The position numbers and the translations under genes were made by a program. Source: a bacterium (lineage in GTDB: Bacteria; RUG730; JBDRED01; JBHPKP01). From it: a stretch of 64,000 nucleotides of DNA. The stretch covers positions 14,848 to 78,847 of the forward strand of contig JBHPKP010000002.1 in assembly GCA_042566505.1 (NCBI GenBank), read 5' to 3'. The notes beneath the pieces were generated by a model, which saw only the letters and a program-made list of their open reading frames with translations, was not told the origin of the DNA and made no database searches. Position 1 is the stretch's first letter; every line of letters begins with the position of its first letter. Shown piece after piece: positions 38,013-48,380 of this stretch.

Positions 38013-40741
38013 TTTCTCATATACCCTTCTTTATACAATTTATCAATATTCACTTTCTGTGTTTTAATTCTCTTACTATCTAATATAATTCTACTTCTTT
38101 TCTGAGCAACGATTGCATTTTTCGAGTCTTGAAATGTAATATCACCTGCAATGATTTTCCCGCCGCCATATTCCGGTTTTTTCATATATGCCATAAGAAC
38201 GGAATGTTCAACATTTTCAAATATTCCATTTTTAAGATATGTTGTTGATCCATCCTTGCTGGCTACTCCTGTCCCAACTTTGTCCGCATGTACATTTTCT
38301 ACATTCAAAACTGTTCCTTCTCCTGCAGAAATAGCCTTATCATGGATATTTGTAAACTTACAATCTTTAACTTTCACATCAGAACCACTAAAATCAACTG
38401 CGTCTCCACCTATATCTTTAAATAAGCAATCCTTAATTAAACCTTCTGAAAAATCGCTATCAAATGCATCTGATTTAGATTTTTTTATCTCCACAGAATC
38501 CATATTAAATTTACTATTAGCAATATTAAGTGCATCCTCCGCAATAGTTCTATCAAAAGTAACATTTTGTAAATCTACATCTGATTTATAAAATGTTACA
38601 GCTCCTGTAATCTCCCAACCATTATATCTTGGAAAATTTGTGTTTTTAATAATAACGTTTTTTAATAGAGACTTTTGTCCACTTGAATAATAATTAGCAT
38701 TTATGACCGCTATGCCCTTCCAAGAATCATCTTTACTCGATGTAATTGACTCTAAAATAATAGGATTTTTTTTCTTACCCTTGCAATACAGATTTCCATA
38801 AATAATAAATCCTGCATCCTTTCTAAATTTTAATATTGTTCCGGACTCTATCTTTATACTCATACCTTCAGGAAATATAATCATATCTTTTATTTCCCAT
38901 TTTCCTTTTTTTATTACCAATTCATTCTCCGTATCAACTGATAATTGTAAAAATACATTTTCATTCAATAATTTTTCTAAACTTTCCGAAGCTATGGGAT
39001 GCTTTTCTAAAGTTGGAAAGTAGTGTAATGCCTGAAATTCATAATTAATATGTTGACTCACAGGACTCGCAATACCCGATATTTCAACTTTGTCATCTAG
39101 CTTAATATTACTAAGTCCCATTCGTACTAAATTCGGAGCTTTTATAGTAAAAGTTGGAGGTAAAGATATTGGTAAACTTTTAGTTAAAATCTCAGAAGTT
39201 TTTTTCTCTATTCCATTTATTTTTATATTTAACGACTTAATAATTATTTTTTCAGATAGTATATTGCTAAATTCAAGATATGAACTATTATCCTCTTTTA
39301 AAATATATGCATACACAATTGCAGGTAATTTAACATTATCTTTATATTTTGCTGCCTTTGACATGGTTCTCTCACGAAGTTCCGGCTTTAAAAAATACCT
39401 ATCCGTCATAATCTTGTTAATATTTTTTTGTAAATAATTTTTCATACCTTTAAAATACATTTCCGGTAAAGCAAAAAACTCCTGTCGTAAAATTTTTAAG
39501 TATTCCCTTTCCTTCTTTTGAATTTGCAATAAAAAGCTATTCTCTTCAATATTTAACATTTCACTATTCAGCTGAAATATATACTCTTTAAATCTGTTAT
39601 AAATCTTATTGTCTTGCAGCATCAGACTCACTATTTCCAAATTTCTTGAAACAGTTGCAGAAGCTAAAGCAAGTTTTATTTGTCCGTTAAAATCGAATAC
39701 AATTGGTTCTAATTTCAAAGTAATCGGATTAAGATAAAATCTAAGATTTATCGACATTATTGTATGATTTGCTTCAAAAAATGTTAAAAGCGCTAAATAT
39801 GCAGCTGTTTTATCAATATCAAAAACTTCTGAAGCTTTTAATCTTCCCTGCATAACACTTCGGATAAGTCCTATTCCGATTTCTTTTTGTTTTGACAATG
39901 CTTTAGATTTAGCTATTTTTTTTGATTTGTATGCGCGAATCGGAACATTCAATCCATTTAAATACATTGATGTAGGAATTGTCTCATCTTTCCCAACCCA
40001 ACCGAATTTCAGAACTGCTTTCCAAAAATCATTTTCATAAAATTTAAAAATTACACCTTCTTTTCTGCCCTGCGATTCAAGCAACTCCTTAGAAAAATGT
40101 TCCTCTAATGCCATAATCCCTATTGATTCCCCATTTATTGACACATCTATAAAGAAATATCTGAGCCTTAGCACATCAAATAATGTACATGCATAGGATA
40201 AAACCGCTTCATATTGATAGCCTCTAACCTTTGGATGCTGAATAGAAAAGTTGCGCATATGAAATAGAGTTTTTCCCTTTTTCACATTGATCCTGAATGA
40301 CCATTTTTTAGGATCATCTCGATGATCTCCTTGATCACCTTTGAGTCTCATCTCAGCTTTTACAGTTTTACCTTTATGCTGCACTGTAACCGGCACATAA
40401 TCTTTTCCACTTGCATATAAATTTGTGCCCATCGCATCCAAACGTCTTTTTTTTATTTTTTCCCAAGACTGAAAATCAACATTAATGTTTATTTTTTCAA
40501 TGACTATTTTTCCTAAAAGTGAAGAAAGTCGGGCAGCTAAAGTTTCAAATACTGCTTTTTTATATATTTTTTTATAGGTTGTTGTGTCTTTATTAACATC
40601 ATATCGACTCATCATGCCATAGTATTTGTTCTTTCTGTAAATCTCTTTAATATCTTTTTCATTAACTTTATCGAATTTATTTAAATAAATTTTAGCAAAT
40701 AATATTAATCCAATAATTAGTAAAAAAATATATAAAACCAA
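38009..40741 (-). CDS. Membrane-anchored CotH-kinase-like protein with C-terminal right-handed beta-helix (PbH1) repeats
   Basis: 910 aa with a TTG start. There is one N-terminal TM (VLYIFLLIIGLILFAKIYL). The central region NFSIQHPKVRGYQYEAVLSYACTLFDVLRLRYFFIDVSINGESIGIMALEEHFSKELLE fits the CotH-family core. The last ~280 aa carry repeated xxDAxDxSxS/V-x-V-x-N units (DALNIANS, DAFDSDFS, DAVDFSGS, KAISAGEG) typical of parallel beta-helices. Confidence 0.6.
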   Translation of the reverse strand: MVLYIFLLIIGLILFAKIYLNKFDKVNEKDIKEIYRKNKYYGMMSRYDVNKDTTTYKKIYKKAVFETLAARLSSLLGKIVIEKININVDFQSWEKIKKRRLDAMGTNLYASGKDYVPVTVQHKGKTVKAEMRLKGDQGDHRDDPKKWSFRINVKKGKTLFHMRNFSIQHPKVRGYQYEAVLSYACTLFDVLRLRYFFIDVSINGESIGIMALEEHFSKELLESQGRKEGVIFKFYENDFWKAVLKFGWVGKDETIPTSMYLNGLNVPIRAYKSKKIAKSKALSKQKEIGIGLIRSVMQGRLKASEVFDIDKTAAYLALLTFFEANHTIMSINLRFYLNPITLKLEPIVFDFNGQIKLALASATVSRNLEIVSLMLQDNKIYNRFKEYIFQLNSEMLNIEENSFLLQIQKKEREYLKILRQEFFALPEMYFKGMKNYLQKNINKIMTDRYFLKPELRERTMSKAAKYKDNVKLPAIVYAYILKEDNSSYLEFSNILSEKIIIKSLNIKINGIEKKTSEILTKSLPISLPPTFTIKAPNLVRMGLSNIKLDDKVEISGIASPVSQHINYEFQALHYFPTLEKHPIASESLEKLLNENVFLQLSVDTENELVIKKGKWEIKDMIIFPEGMSIKIESGTILKFRKDAGFIIYGNLYCKGKKKNPIILESITSSKDDSWKGIAVINANYYSSGQKSLLKNVIIKNTNFPRYNGWEITGAVTFYKSDVDLQNVTFDRTIAEDALNIANSKFNMDSVEIKKSKSDAFDSDFSEGLIKDCLFKDIGGDAVDFSGSDVKVKDCKFTNIHDKAISAGEGTVLNVENVHADKVGTGVASKDGSTTYLKNGIFENVEHSVLMAYMKKPEYGGGKIIAGDITFQDSKNAIVAQKRSRIILDSKRIKTQKVNIDKLYKEGYMRK

Positions 40742-40800
40742 TATCTCTTTTTTAAAAATGATTTTTGTACTTTTTTATCTATAATAACCATCATAACCTA

Positions 40801-41733
40801 CTATTTTTCTTTTTCTTTATATCCTCTGGGATAAAACCATTTACTATTGTAAGGAAGGGATAAGGTTTTCACAATTACATTAAAACTATTGTCTTTGACT
40901 TCAATGATGTTATAAGAAAGAAGAGGTGAGCCTGCTGTTGTAAGAAATCGCGGACACGTACCAAATGAATTTCGATAATAAGGAATGCCATCAACTTCAG
41001 CATAAGCATTTGGTCCAAAAGCACTCCAATCACCACCAAATATTGCAGAAATTTTACCTTTGGTTAATTCTCTCACTTTATCATTCCATATCTTTGAATG
41101 ACGCCTCTTATCTTCATGAAATTCTTCTAAACTTTTATATTCATATTTATCATATACGCCACCCTCTATACCAATAACATCTAAGTTATGATGCATAAAA
41201 ATAAATCGTAATTTTTTATCATCCTTCGTATCAGGAATTTCATCTAATAGAGCAATGCTGTCTTTATCTAAACCATTTCCTTGAATAGTTCGCCACCAAT
41301 CGTATTCCATATTGGCGCCTTTCACTGTATTCAACAAATACAATTCAGAGAACCCTAAATCAACTATTTTTGATGTGTATCCAACATTTTTCATCCAATT
41401 TTCTTCTGCATTTTCACCTGACTCACGCTGCAAGTCATGATTACCCGTAACAAAATATTTTTTCATCTTTAATTTTGACAATATTTTTTCATCAAAATTC
41501 TTCCAATCAGTCATTGTCCCATAAGCAGTAATATCACCCATAAATACGATTGCATCAGCATTGCTTTTATTCATCTCTTCAACAAAAATTTCCTGAATAT
41601 CCGGAAAATTTTGAATACTATAAAAATGCCCAACCGCTATTATCCGGTTCACTTTTCCTTTAAAAATACCGCAACTCGAAAACAACACCATTAAGAAAAG
41701 TATACTAATTAGAAAACTGGTTCTTTTTTTCAT
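40801..41733 (-). CDS. Exported (lipoprotein) calcineurin-like metallophosphoesterase
   Basis: MKKRTSFLISILFLMVLFSSC is a signal peptide with a lipobox-like Cys. Also contains VGHFY, MGDITAYG, TGNHDL and MHHN metallophosphoesterase motifs. ATG at 41733 has GGAG 7 nt upstream; the track start at 41751 is less likely. Confidence 0.7.
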   Translation of the reverse strand: MKKRTSFLISILFLMVLFSSCGIFKGKVNRIIAVGHFYSIQNFPDIQEIFVEEMNKSNADAIVFMGDITAYGTMTDWKNFDEKILSKLKMKKYFVTGNHDLQRESGENAEENWMKNVGYTSKIVDLGFSELYLLNTVKGANMEYDWWRTIQGNGLDKDSIALLDEIPDTKDDKKLRFIFMHHNLDVIGIEGGVYDKYEYKSLEEFHEDKRRHSKIWNDKVRELTKGKISAIFGGDWSAFGPNAYAEVDGIPYYRNSFGTCPRFLTTAGSPLLSYNIIEVKDNSFNVIVKTLSLPYNSKWFYPRGYKEKEK

Positions 41734-41788
41734 ATTAACTCCATTTAACATTTATTTTTATTTAGTAAAGCAAAAAGGCAAAAAGCAC

Positions 41789-42463
41789 TCAAACTCCAGG
41801 TATACGACTTTGATCAATAAATGAAACTTCAACCTTTGCATGTTTCTCTTTAATGTGGTCAACCAATCGAAAGACTTTATTTGAATCATCTATATTGATC
41901 ATATACATCACATGTACAGAATCTTGACTGGAATCTAGCCGCTTCATATCGCAAAGGTCTGTATAGTCAGAAATTATATTGCTTATTTCCTCTGCTGAAA
42001 TTGTTTTTTCTTTATGGTCCCAAGTCAATGATACATACAAATCTTTATTATCATATTTATTAAATTTCCACTTTAAAACAGCAATAACCGTTAAAATAAA
42101 CAAACTTGAAACAACAGTGAGTAAAGTCTGATTTGCGCCCAACCCTAATCCAATTGCAATTGCCATAAAAATATACACCAACTCTTCCGGTTCTTTAATA
42201 GGTGTACGAAATCTAACAATTGATAATGCACCCACTAAACCCAAAGATAATGCTAATGACGACTTAACAACCGAGATAATCAAACAAATAATAAGTACCA
42301 AAAAAGGGAAAATTCTTGATATTTCCTTTTTTCCGGACAATGTTGATGAAAACCTTTCGAAATGATACTTAAGCACCATAGAAAGAACTGTCCCCACTAA
42401 TAAATTAATAAGAATCGTTTGAATAGCTAATGGATCTTCCGTAAAAGTAAATAAATTGTTCAT
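41789..42463 (-). CDS. DUF4956-family integral membrane protein
   Basis: Four TM segments. SLALSLGLVGALSIVRFRTPIKEPEELVYIFMAIAIGLGLGAN is the hallmark DUF4956 block (SIVRFRT.IK.P). There is a ~95-aa soluble C-terminal domain. Confidence 0.7.
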   Translation of the reverse strand: MNNLFTFTEDPLAIQTILINLLVGTVLSMVLKYHFERFSSTLSGKKEISRIFPFLVLIICLIISVVKSSLALSLGLVGALSIVRFRTPIKEPEELVYIFMAIAIGLGLGANQTLLTVVSSLFILTVIAVLKWKFNKYDNKDLYVSLTWDHKEKTISAEEISNIISDYTDLCDMKRLDSSQDSVHVMYMINIDDSNKVFRLVDHIKEKHAKVEVSFIDQSRIPGV

Positions 42464-42525
42464 TTTCTTCTCCTTTTTAAATTTTTTTTATTCAATCTCT
42501 ATTTTCAATTTTAAAATTAACAAAA

Positions 42526-42531
42526 ATTATA
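42526..42531 (-). promoter_or_regulatory. Perfect TATAAT -10 box in the 130-nt gap upstream of the DUF4956 gene
   Basis: The minus strand reads ...TTTAGT-ttacataaaaagatttg-TATAAT..., about 60 nt upstream of the ATG at 42463. The -35 element is weak. Motif only. Confidence 0.25.
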
Positions 42532-42593
42532 CAAATCTTTTTATGTAAACTAAAAGTATTGATCTATTAAAAAAACTAGTATCCATTATTATT

Positions 42594-44912
42594 TTATTTT
42601 AGTTTTAGTGTTTTTTTAATTATTTCCCAATTTTTATTTATTTGCTTTTCATCTAAGACCCCATTAATAATTAAAATTTCCAATATTTCCCCATTAAAAT
42701 CCCTGTTATTTGTTGCACCAGATGCACCTATATAAAGCATTTTATCTGAGTTTTGTACAAATCTATCACTTTTGCTTACAGCTATCTTTTCTCCATTATG
42801 ATAAATAGTCATCATTTTATCTTGTACAGTAATCGTTAAATAATTCCAAACATTACTCATTAATTCAAAACTTGGACTTATTATCCATCCACCACCCATG
42901 CCTTGATAAAATAAATAATTAGAATTATTTTTTCCATTCCCTTCTATTGCTATCCCTTTGTGATCAAAATGATTTGATAATATATCTGCATACGGAACCT
43001 GTTTACTACCTGGTTTTACAATAATTTGAATATTAAAATTATTTTCTAATTTCAATTTATCCTCAACTACTATAAAATTATCTTTGAAATTTCCGGTAAA
43101 TCCTGTATGCAGCACTATTTGATCTTGTGTAGTTAAGATAAAATCTTCGACCTTTTTTTTATGCACATTTGAATACTTATTCAGAAGTTTAGAAGTTACT
43201 TCTACATTTCTACCTACATATCCCGATACTCTGGTAATGACATTAAGTGTTTTCCCTTGTATTAAATAGCGCGGACTCACAGATAATGATAAACTCATAA
43301 TGGGACCTATTGTCATAATCCCAACAATAAAAAAAATAATAATTTTCATAGCTTTTTTTGATGTAGTATTATTAAATATTTTTGATAAAGCTAAAATCAA
43401 GCATAATACTCCTAAAAAATTACCACTCATTAAGAATCTACTAAGTTCCCATTTATGATTTGTAATTGCAATAAAAAAATTTATACTAAAACCTATAATA
43501 AAAACTCCAGATGAAAATAATAAAAGAAACTTCTCTTGAATTATTTTCTTATTATCAAGTATTTTTAACTTTTCGTAACTTTTTGTAAAAAGCAGTAAAA
43601 ACATTAGTATAAAACCCAAAACTGGCCAAAAAGTTAATCTAAGTGCTTCCCAAAGATTTTTTTCGAAACCAACGATAAATTCATAAAAAAATGAATCCAC
43701 ATTTTTAACTTTTGATATATCAACTCTATGATAATTACGTTCCCACTTTCTACCAAATCCTGTATGATGAACAAATGCCGGATTAAATGAAACAATCTTT
43801 GATAAAGTACTCACTACCTTATGCACTCCCTCTAATTGCAATCTGTCTTGTTTGTTATCTAGAGTTAGCATACCACCTTGAAATATGCCTATTGATACAG
43901 CAATAAAAAACAAGATACTAACAATAGTAATTTTAGTCATATATTTAAATTTTCTAATAAAAGCAAAAAATAGAATAATCAAAAATAAAGGTATCACAAG
44001 TACAATATTTTGTGCTCCACAAAGATTCCAACTTATACCGATTGATAAAGCCGCTAATACATTAACGAATAAAGAAATATTCTTTTCAGAGAAGCATGAC
44101 TTAATCCAAAATAGAAAAAAGAAAAAACTTCCTATTGCAAAAATTGAATCTGTATATCCATTGAAAGCAAGTGGATTCATCGAATCAAGAACAAGTATAT
44201 GACCCAGAGTCAATGCAGTATTACCAACCATTAAAACAAATACTCCTAAAATAGCTGAAAAAATATTAAGTTTAAAATATCTTAAAACTCCATAACTTAA
44301 AAAAATCAAAAAACTAATTGAAAAAATTAACCAAATAGTTAAATTCAGAAAAGGTGTTTTAATACCAAAAAACAAGGGAATAGATGATAAAATAGATTGT
44401 CCAAAACTTTGTCCAAGTATAGGTATTCTATTACTTTCTACAATATATGTTATGATATTAACATGTCTCCCAGAATTTATCGTACCTATATCATGATAAG
44501 CACTTGTATAAACATCTGCTATAGAAAAACTCCCCATCCACTTCAATGCAACTATACTTGCAACTAAAATAAAAATTATTAAAATTATCCATTTATATTT
44601 ATTTATTGTATTAATAACTTCCTGAATCAATTCAGTACTTCTTTCTTTTTTAAATAATACAATCGATATTATCATTAAAAATATATTTGTAATGTAAAAA
44701 GAAAATATTGCATTCCCAAGAACAAAAGATGTTAGTCTCCACAATGAAAGCAATAAAGCAATACCAGCAAAATAACTAAGTCCCAAAAACAACGGCATTA
44801 CTCTGTTTTTTTTATCTGTATATAAAAGTTGAATAATTGATACACCATAAAAAATAACCATGCTTACAACAACTGAAATACTCAGTACTGCACTAAACAA
44901 TGGCAACCACAT
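42594..44912 (-). CDS. Polytopic membrane protein (~14 TM) with C-terminal LamG/ConA-like lectin domain
   Basis: 772 aa. The C-terminal ~190 aa are colinear with the C-terminus of 31013..32017 (ADILSNHFDHKGIAIEG...WNYLTITV...RDFNGEILEILIINGVLDEKQI). Confidence 0.55.
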   Translation of the reverse strand: MWLPLFSAVLSISVVVSMVIFYGVSIIQLLYTDKKNRVMPLFLGLSYFAGIALLLSLWRLTSFVLGNAIFSFYITNIFLMIISIVLFKKERSTELIQEVINTINKYKWIILIIFILVASIVALKWMGSFSIADVYTSAYHDIGTINSGRHVNIITYIVESNRIPILGQSFGQSILSSIPLFFGIKTPFLNLTIWLIFSISFLIFLSYGVLRYFKLNIFSAILGVFVLMVGNTALTLGHILVLDSMNPLAFNGYTDSIFAIGSFFFFLFWIKSCFSEKNISLFVNVLAALSIGISWNLCGAQNIVLVIPLFLIILFFAFIRKFKYMTKITIVSILFFIAVSIGIFQGGMLTLDNKQDRLQLEGVHKVVSTLSKIVSFNPAFVHHTGFGRKWERNYHRVDISKVKNVDSFFYEFIVGFEKNLWEALRLTFWPVLGFILMFLLLFTKSYEKLKILDNKKIIQEKFLLLFSSGVFIIGFSINFFIAITNHKWELSRFLMSGNFLGVLCLILALSKIFNNTTSKKAMKIIIFFIVGIMTIGPIMSLSLSVSPRYLIQGKTLNVITRVSGYVGRNVEVTSKLLNKYSNVHKKKVEDFILTTQDQIVLHTGFTGNFKDNFIVVEDKLKLENNFNIQIIVKPGSKQVPYADILSNHFDHKGIAIEGNGKNNSNYLFYQGMGGGWIISPSFELMSNVWNYLTITVQDKMMTIYHNGEKIAVSKSDRFVQNSDKMLYIGASGATNNRDFNGEILEILIINGVLDEKQINKNWEIIKKTLKLK

Positions 44913-44928
44913 AGAATACTCCTTTAGA

Positions 44929-45984
44929 TTACACTACAAAAATTCCTTTTATGTATGTATCTGTATTTTTTTTATTATTCTTAGATTTCTTCAAGTATAA
45001 TTTTTTTATCAAATCAGCCCCTTCGTTAAGTCGAACTTTATGTGTAATTAATTTTTGTATTATACTTTTGTTCCTCTTTAAAAACTTTATCGCATCATGC
45101 CAATCATCATTATTATCATGTAAATATTTTGAATTCCACACTCCTTTTATAGCTATTTCTCGTCTTAAAATATCACTAACCAATGCTTTTCCCAACAACA
45201 AATCTCCTACAATGTTCCCTACCCATATTGCTTGCCCATGACTTTTTAATATTTTTAATGAGTTTTTAAATGTATCCACTGCACCACATACCTCAAATAC
45301 AGTATCAACGCCTTGTGTTAGATTTAATATTTCATCTACCCAATTATCCTTTGCCAAAATTGTATTAACATTTGTAAATTTTATAAAAGAAAGTTTATCA
45401 CTATTTCGATCAATAACATAAATATTAGCATTCCTATTTTTTTCTAACAAAGAAATAGCTATTATCAAGCCTATTAATCCTGCTCCAATTATTGCTATGT
45501 TAGGATTATCTGAAACCTTAACTTTTTTTACAGCATGGAGCGCTACAGCAATTGGTTCAATTAAACTTGCTTCTTCAAATCCAATACTATTAGGAATTTT
45601 TAAAAGATTCCATTCTTTAACTGCAATATATTCTGCAAATGCTCCATTTCTACGTGAACCATAATAATCATATTTCAAACATTGTGCATATTTTTTCTGC
45701 TTACAAAAATCACATTCATTACATGGAATTAAAGGAAACACCACTACCCGATCACCCTCTTTAAAATCTTTCACACGATTCCCAACTTTCTTGATAACAC
45801 CAGAAAATTCGTGCCCCATAATCAAAGGATAAAAATAAGCTTCATTATTAAATGCTCTATAAATATCCGAATTACATATTCCTGCACATTTTACTTTTAT
45901 TAAACATTCGTCATCTTTAATCTTGGGATTCGGAACATTTGAAACTTTTAAATTAGAATTACCTTCTAAAACTAATGCCTTCAT
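44929..45984 (-). CDS. Zn-dependent medium-chain alcohol/polyol(-phosphate) dehydrogenase
   Basis: Contains CAGICNSDIY...GHEFSGVI for the catalytic Zn and CNECDFCKQKKYAQC for the structural Zn, plus the Rossmann motif IIGAGLIGL. Confidence 0.8.
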   Translation of the reverse strand: MKALVLEGNSNLKVSNVPNPKIKDDECLIKVKCAGICNSDIYRAFNNEAYFYPLIMGHEFSGVIKKVGNRVKDFKEGDRVVVFPLIPCNECDFCKQKKYAQCLKYDYYGSRRNGAFAEYIAVKEWNLLKIPNSIGFEEASLIEPIAVALHAVKKVKVSDNPNIAIIGAGLIGLIIAISLLEKNRNANIYVIDRNSDKLSFIKFTNVNTILAKDNWVDEILNLTQGVDTVFEVCGAVDTFKNSLKILKSHGQAIWVGNIVGDLLLGKALVSDILRREIAIKGVWNSKYLHDNNDDWHDAIKFLKRNKSIIQKLITHKVRLNEGADLIKKLYLKKSKNNKKNTDTYIKGIFVV

Positions 45985-46000
45985 TTTACTTCTCTTATAT

Positions 46001-46789
46001 TTAAAAAATATTTTTTATATTGATGTTGAATAGAGAAACAAATTTATAGATTTTATTATAAAAACTATATTTTTGTTTACAGTTTTTAATTGCCATTTTA
46101 TTTATACTTACTAGATATTTTAGTATTGTCTTGTATTTAGCAAGAATAGTTCCTCCCCAATTTGATTCACCATGAATTCTTGCTCCAAAATCAACCGGAA
46201 AAGTCACCAATTCGTACTCACAACACTTTGCTTTATACATAACATAAACATCAAATGAAAAATCCGTTGGTGGATTCACAAAACTATCTAACAAAACTTT
46301 AGAGAACATTTTAGGTTGTCCATTTATATCTTCTAAGTTATATCCCAATATAATTTTAACTACTTTTGCTAATGATTTTGCAAGAAATAATTCATTACTT
46401 CTTCTATTTAGCCTTAAACCCTTAACTAGTATTTTTTCTCTATGTTTTGCCTGTTCTTTATAAATATCAAATGCTTTAAAAATATCTTCAGGTGGAGTTT
46501 GTATATCAGCATGTGAATATGAAACAATATTAGACTTACTTTGTTTCAATCCTTCAAAAACACCATGTCCATAACCAATATTTTTTTCAATTTTTATTAT
46601 GCGGATAATATCCGGATATTTTAGCTGCAAATCTTCTAAAACTTCTTGAGAATTATCTAAAGACCCATTATTAACAAGTATTAGTTCAAAATTATATTTT
46701 GGCCAATACGTCTGAAATTTCTCTACAATAAGTGGAATGTTTTTACTTTCATTATAGCAAGGCAAAATAACTGAAAAGCCTCTTAACAT
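46001..46789 (-). CDS. GT2-family glycosyltransferase (Dpm1/dolichyl-P-glucose synthase-like, soluble)
   Basis: Contains FSVILPCYNESKNI, VNNGSLDNS and YSHADIQTPPED. Confidence 0.65.
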   Translation of the reverse strand: MLRGFSVILPCYNESKNIPLIVEKFQTYWPKYNFELILVNNGSLDNSQEVLEDLQLKYPDIIRIIKIEKNIGYGHGVFEGLKQSKSNIVSYSHADIQTPPEDIFKAFDIYKEQAKHREKILVKGLRLNRRSNELFLAKSLAKVVKIILGYNLEDINGQPKMFSKVLLDSFVNPPTDFSFDVYVMYKAKCCEYELVTFPVDFGARIHGESNWGGTILAKYKTILKYLVSINKMAIKNCKQKYSFYNKIYKFVSLFNINIKNIF

Positions 46790-46792
46790 AGA

Positions 46793-47593
46793 TTACCTCA
46801 TAATTAAATTAAAATTATTATACTTACTTTTATAATCATGATCTTGCAACTTTGTAAAATAGTCTTCCCAATAATGAAAAAGTTGAAGCTCAAATGGAGT
46901 CCCAAATGATATAAATTTATCAATTTCAAAAGCAACAACATTATAACCTTTCTCAATCAATTGATTAATACTTGTTGCAGCATAAAACTCATTATTAACT
47001 AGAATATTCTTTTTTATCATATTTTTTGCGCCTTCTATGAATAAAGAAGATTTTTTATATGTAAAGGAACCTACAACAGCTGGATCCAAATGAGGCAAGT
47101 CGCTTATAGTTCTTTTTTCAACAATTTCTGTGACACGATTTCCTTCTACTCTACAATATGCAAAATGTTCAGGATTTGCTTTTTTTATTGAGCCGATTTT
47201 AAATGTCCATATAATAACATCTATAGATGGATTATCGAGTAGTTTCTGATATTTTTCTTCATCATAAACCATCTGATAATCACAAGAAGCAATAAATAGT
47301 CCATTACTTTTTTCAATAAATTCTTCAGCAAGCAAACACGTACAAGCCTGACCTTGAGTTACTTCTTCAACTGTAATAATTTCCACATTAGATTTAAAAC
47401 TATCTACTATTTTTTTTAATTTATCATAATGCTGCTTACTGCACACAAATACATATGAATCAGCTGCAGGAAAAGTTTTTAAAGCAGCAATTATCATTGG
47501 TACATTCATTACTGGTATAAATGGTTTAGAAACTCTATATAATTTTTGGATAAAACGATTGCCTTTGCCGGCCATTGGAATAAGATTCAGCAT
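46793..47593 (-). CDS. Sugar/alditol-phosphate nucleotidyltransferase (GT-A-like NTP-transferase fold)
   Basis: The N-terminus is LNLIPMAGKGNRF...SKPFIPVMNVPMI. It is a paralogue of 47595..48377. Confidence 0.6.
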   Translation of the reverse strand: MLNLIPMAGKGNRFIQKLYRVSKPFIPVMNVPMIIAALKTFPAADSYVFVCSKQHYDKLKKIVDSFKSNVEIITVEEVTQGQACTCLLAEEFIEKSNGLFIASCDYQMVYDEEKYQKLLDNPSIDVIIWTFKIGSIKKANPEHFAYCRVEGNRVTEIVEKRTISDLPHLDPAVVGSFTYKKSSLFIEGAKNMIKKNILVNNEFYAATSINQLIEKGYNVVAFEIDKFISFGTPFELQLFHYWEDYFTKLQDHDYKSKYNNFNLIMR

Positions 47594-47594
47594 A

Positions 47595-48377
47595 TTATAA
47601 TTCCTTCCTCATAATCATATTTACATCATTAGAAAAATAACCGGACCAAAAAAGATATTCTTCCATATCCTCCGGTGTACCTAAACAAACAAATTTATCT
47701 ACTTCAAATAAACCAACTTTTAAATTATCCCGAATTAAATAATTATAAAGCAAACTACAGTAATATTCAGATGCTACTTTATCTTTTTTTTCTAATAATT
47801 CCGCAGCATATTTTTTATAACGATTCCAACTATCCAAATAATATACACCCGTTGATGCAAACTCACTTGCTCTATTGTCAGTAAAAGATTGTTTTTCTCT
47901 AAGTTCTTCCATTTCCAATTTATCATTTGCTTTTAGATATGCATAAAAAGTCGTGCCGTATGAAGCAGGATGAAACCCTTTAAAAACTGCAACAGCGCCT
48001 TCATACTGATGAGCCTTTAATAAAAATTTCCTATAATCCCATTCCATAAAAAAATCACAATAACTTATAATAATCGGCTCATTAACATTATTAATAGCTT
48101 CTTCTGCTTGTAAAGCGCTATACACAGGGCCTAATTCATGTGAATCAATTTCAACAATAGTAGATTTATGCACACACTTATCTAATATATGCCTATACTC
48201 TTTATTTATTAATTGATGCTTATTTGCTACAAAAATAAATTCATCTTTCGGATCAAACATTTGACAAACTCTTTCAATCATTGAAATTCCATTAACTTTA
48301 ATAAATTGTTTAGGATATTTATAACCAGCTTTTCTAAATCTTCTTGAGTGCCCTGCCATTGGTATAATAATTTTCAT
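47595..48377 (-). CDS. Sugar/alditol-phosphate nucleotidyltransferase (tandem paralogue)
   Basis: The N-terminus is MKIIIPMAGHSRRFRKAGYKYPKQFIKVNGISMI. Confidence 0.6.
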   Translation of the reverse strand: MKIIIPMAGHSRRFRKAGYKYPKQFIKVNGISMIERVCQMFDPKDEFIFVANKHQLINKEYRHILDKCVHKSTIVEIDSHELGPVYSALQAEEAINNVNEPIIISYCDFFMEWDYRKFLLKAHQYEGAVAVFKGFHPASYGTTFYAYLKANDKLEMEELREKQSFTDNRASEFASTGVYYLDSWNRYKKYAAELLEKKDKVASEYYCSLLYNYLIRDNLKVGLFEVDKFVCLGTPEDMEEYLFWSGYFSNDVNMIMRKEL

Positions 48378-48380
48378 ACA

